Below are positions 59,981-64,000 of a DNA stretch of 64,000 nucleotides, one piece after another. Location of the stretch: NCBI GenBank assembly GCA_964016885.1, contig OZ024742.1:372868001-372932000 (forward strand), in the 5' to 3' direction. The notes beneath the pieces are model-generated. The model was given only the letters and a program-made list of their open reading frames with translations, had not been told where the DNA came from and ran no database searches. The DNA is from Eledone cirrhosa. Its lineage: Eukaryota. Position 1 is the stretch's first letter. Every line of letters begins with the position of its first letter. Position numbers and translations under genes: made by a program.

Positions 59981-61720
59981 TGAACTGTAAATCTCTTTCT
60001 ATATAAACTGTAAATCTCATTCTATATAAGCTGTAAATCTCATTCTATTAACTGTAAATCTCTTTCTATATAAACTGTAAATCTCATTCTATATAAACTG
60101 TAAATCTCTTTCTATATAAACTGTAAATTTCATTCTATAAACTGTAAATCTCTTTCTATATAAACTGTAAATCTCATTCTATATAAACTGTAAATCTCTT
60201 TCTATATAAACTGTAAATCTCATTCTATATAAACTGTGAATCTCATTCTATATAAACTGTAAATCTCTTTCTATATAAACTGTAAATCTCATTCTATATA
60301 AACTGTAAATCTCTTTCTATATAAACTGTAAATATCATGCTATAAACTGAAAATCTCATTCTATATAAACTGTAAATCTCTTTCTATATAAACTCTGAAT
60401 CTGATTCTATATAAACTGTAACTCTCATTTCATATAAACTGCGAATCTCATTCTATATAAACTGTATATCTCATTCTATATAAACTGTAAATCTCATTCG
60501 ATAAACTGTAAATCTCTTTTTATATAAACTGTAAATCTCATTCTATATAAACTGTAAATCTCATTCTATATAAAATGTAAATCTCATTCTATAAACTGTA
60601 AATCTCTTTCTATATAAACTGTAAATCTCATTCTATATAAACTGTAAATCTCTTTCTATATAAACTGTAAATTTCATTCTATAAACTCTAAATCTCTTTC
60701 TATATAAACTGTAAATCTCATTCTATATAAACTGTAAATCTCTTTCTATATAAACTGTAAATCTCATTCTATATAAACTGAATCTCATTCTATATAAACT
60801 GTAAATCTCTTTCTATATAAACTGTAAATCTCATTCTATATAAACTGTAAATCTCATTCTATATAAACTGTAAATCTCATTCTATAAACTGTAAATCTCT
60901 TTCTATATAAACTGTAAATCTCATTCTATATAAGCTGTAAATCTCATTCTATTAACTGTAAATCTCATTCTATATAAACTGTAAATCTCATTCTATATAA
61001 ACTGTATATATCATTCTATGAACTGTAAATCTCAGTCTATAAACTGTAAATCTCAGTCTATAAACTGTAAATCTCTTTCTATATATACTGTAAATCTCTT
61101 TCTATATAAACTGTAAATTTCATTCTATAAACTCTAAATCTCTTTCTATATAAACTGTAAATCTCATTCTATATAAACTGTAAATCTATTTCTATATAAA
61201 CTGTAAGTCTCATTCTATATAAGCTGTAAATCTCATTCTATGAACTGTAAATCTCTTTCTATATAAACTGTAAATCTCATTCTATATGAACTGTAAATCT
61301 CATTCTATAAACTGTAAATCTCTTTCTATATAAACTGTAAATCTCATTCTATATAAACTGTAAATCTCTTTCTATATAAACTGTAAATTTCATTCTATAA
61401 ACTGTAAATCTCTTTCTATATAAACTGTAAATCTCATTCTATATAAACTGTAAATCTCTTTCTATATAAACTGTAAATCTCATTCTATATAAACTGTGAA
61501 TCTCATTCTATATAAACTGTAAATCTCTTTCTATATGAAATGTAAATCTCATTCTATATAAACTGTAAATCTCATTCTATATAAACTGTAAATCTCATTC
61601 TATGAACTGTAAATCTCTTTCTATATAAACTGTAAATCTCATTCTATATAAGCTGTAAATCTCATTCTATTAACTGTAAATCTCTTTCTATATAAACTGT
61701 AAATCTCATTCTATATAAAC
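58630..61720. repeat. 1622-bp offset duplication overlapping the 2072-bp duplication
   Basis: aatatcatgc 58709/60331; gaaatgt 59915/61537. Confidence 0.88.
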
Positions 61721-64000
61721 TGTATATATCATTCTATAAAGTGTAAATCTCAGTCTATAAACTTTAAATCTCTTTCTATATAAACTGTAAATCTCTTTCT
61801 ATATGAACTGTAAATCTCTTTCTATATAAACTGTAAATCTCATTCTATATAAGCTGTAAATCTCATTCTATGAACTGTAAATCTCTTTCTATATAAACTG
61901 TAAATCTCATTCTACATAAACTGTAAATCTCATTCTATAAACTGTAAATCTCTTTCTATATAAACTGTAAATCTCATTCTATGAACTGTAAATCTCTTTC
62001 TATATAAACTGTAAATCTCATTCTATATAAACTGTAAATCTCATTCTATAAACTGTAAATCTCTTTCTGTATAAACTGTAAATCTCATTCTATATAAACT
62101 GTAAATCTCTTTCTATATAAACTGTAAATTTCATTCTATAAACTGTAAATCTCATTCTATATAAACTGTAAATCTCATTCTATAAACTGTAAATCTCATT
62201 CTATATGAACTGTAAATCTCTTTCTATATAACCTGTAAATCTCTTTCTATATAACCTGTAAATCTCTTTCTATATAAACTGTTAATCTCATGCTATAAAC
62301 TGTAAATCTCATTCTATATAAACTGTAAATCTCTTTCTATATAACCTGTAAATCTCTTTCTATATAACCTGTAAATCTCTTTCTTCTTTCTATATAAACT
62401 GTAAATCTCTTGCTATAGACTGTAAATCTCATTCTATATGAACTGTAAATCTCTTTCTATATAAACTGTAAATCTCATTCTATATAATCTGTAAATCTCA
62501 TTCGATAAACTGTAAATCTGTTTTTATATAAACAGTAAATCTCATTCTATATAAACTGTAAATCTCATTCTATGAACTGTAAATCTCTTTCTATATAAAC
62601 TGTAAATCTCATTCTGTATAAAATGTAAATCTCATTCTATAAACTGTAAATCTCTTTCTATATAAACTGTAAATCTCATTCTATATAAACTGTAAATCTC
62701 TTTCTATATAAACTGTAAATTTCATTCTATATAAACTGTAAATCTCATTCTATATACTGTAAATCTCTTTCTATATAAACTGTAAATCTTATTCTATATA
62801 AGCTGTAAATCTCATTCTATTAACTGTAAATCTCATTCTATATAAACTGTAAATCTCATTCTATATAAACTGTATATATCATTCTATAAACTGTAAATCT
62901 CAGTCTATAAACTGTAAATCTCTTTCTATATAAACTGTAAATCTCTTTCTATATGAACTGTAAATCTCTTTCTATATAAACTGTAAATCTCATTCTATAT
63001 AAGCTGTAAATCTCATTCTATGAACTGTAAATCTCTTTCTATATAAACTGTAAATCTCATTCTATATAAACTGTAAATCTCATTCTATAAACTGTAAATC
63101 TCTTTCTATATAAACTGTAAATCTCATTCTATATAAACTGTAAATCTCTTTCTATATAAACTGTAAATTTCATTCTATAAACTGTAAATCTCTTTCTATA
63201 TAAACTGTAAATCTCATTCTATATAAACTGTAAATCTCTTTCTATATAAACTGTAAATCTCATTCTATATAAACTGTAAATCTCATTCTATAAACTGTAA
63301 ATCTCTTTCTATATAAACTGTAAATCTCATTCTATATAAGCTGTAAATCTCATTCTATTAACTGTAAATCTCTTTCTATATAAACTGTAAATCTCATTCT
63401 ATATAAACTCTATATATCATTCTATAAACTGTAAATCTCAGTCTATAAACTGTAAATCTCTTTCTATATAAACTGTAAATCTCTTTCTATATGAACTGTA
63501 AATCTCTTTCTATATAAACTGTAAATCTCATTCTATGTAAGCTGTAAATCTCATTCTATGAACTGGAAATCTCTTTCTATATAAACTGTAAATCTCATTC
63601 TATGTAAACTGTAAATCTCATTCTATATAAACTGTAAATCTCTTTCTATATGAACTGTAAATCTCTTTCTATATAAACTGTAAATCTCATTCTATGTAAG
63701 CTGTAAATCTCATTCTATGAACTGGAAATCTCTTTCTATATAAACTGTAAATCTCTTTCTATATAAACTGTAAATCTCATTCTATATAAACTGTAAATCC
63801 CATTCTATAAACTGTAAATCTCTTTCTATATAACCTGTAAATCTCTTTCTATAGAAACCGTAAATCTCATTCTATATAAACTCTGAATCTGATTCTATAT
63901 AAACTGTAACTCTCATTTTATATAAACTGTGAATCTCATTCTATATAAACTGTATATCTCATTCTATATAAACTGTAAATCTCATTCGATAAACTGTAAA

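Larger units (their letters stand above)
1..64000. repeat. Head-to-tail satellite array of 23/21-bp monomers, consensus TCTC(A/T)TTCTATA(TA)AACTGTAAA, roughly 2,800-2,900 copies, extending beyond both window ends
   Basis: Every line of the window consists of this monomer with scattered substitutions (e.g. 1-23 tctctttctatataaactgtaaa, 24-46 tctcattctatataaactgtaaa). No inversion or non-repeat interruption seen. Copy number estimated as 64000 divided by about 22.4. Confidence 0.99.

Noticed and set aside
1-64000. CRISPR array (repeat length near 23 bp)
   Set aside because: Monomers are directly adjacent with no unique spacers, no leader and no cas genes.
1-64000. Repetitive protein-coding ORF
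   Set aside because: The + strand has two TAA triplets per monomer and the - strand has TAG (and TGA in A-class monomers). The 23-bp period shifts frame, so all six frames close within a few monomers.
1-64000. Telomerase-made long telomeric repeat (as in 21-25-bp yeast telomere units)
   Set aside because: Neither strand has G runs (- strand TTTACAGTTTATATAGAATGAGA). Inherited variant patterns copied in kilobase blocks indicate DNA-level duplication rather than synthesis from one RNA template.
1-64000. Identity with known 21-bp-based repeats such as Plasmodium rep20 or chicken W XhoI repeats
   Set aside because: Only the unit length is similar. I see no sequence match from memory and cannot run a search.
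1-64000. Intrinsically bent DNA from phased A-tracts
   Set aside because: A runs are only 3 bp and spaced 7 and 14-16 bp apart, not tracts of 4 bp or more at a 10.5-bp phase.
1-64000. Variant monomers as an information-encoding cassette or diversity-generating system
   Set aside because: The variant order is explained by point mutation plus nested duplication. There is no enzyme gene, expression locus or recombination site in the window.
1-64000. Pure sequencing artefact or synthetic concatemer
   Set aside because: Rare variants recur faithfully in ordered, hierarchical blocks, which random error would not produce. Local mis-assembly of individual duplications remains possible.

Overview
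The whole 64-kb window is one uninterrupted, single-orientation, AT-rich (about 22% GC by consensus) tandem satellite array. It is built from 23-bp monomers TCTC[A/T]TTCTATATAAACTGTAAA and a 21-bp form lacking one TA, and it runs off both window ends. I see no genes, RNA genes, transposons, CRISPR spacers or unique sequence, and I cannot assign an organism or a named satellite family. A eukaryotic heterochromatic satellite is the most plausible reading (inference). The only information is in the pattern of variant monomers. These define old modules (293-bp and 448/538-bp pairs) and a hierarchy of recent tandem duplications with offsets of about 360, 695, 1237, 1521, 1622, 1768, 2072, 2796, 2878/2901, 3644-3711, 4642/6163 and 6400-6600 bp, plus an echo at about 30-36 kb. 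Offsets were counted by hand from rare variant words, and block boundaries are approximate. The sequence does not support a novel gene-encoded system.
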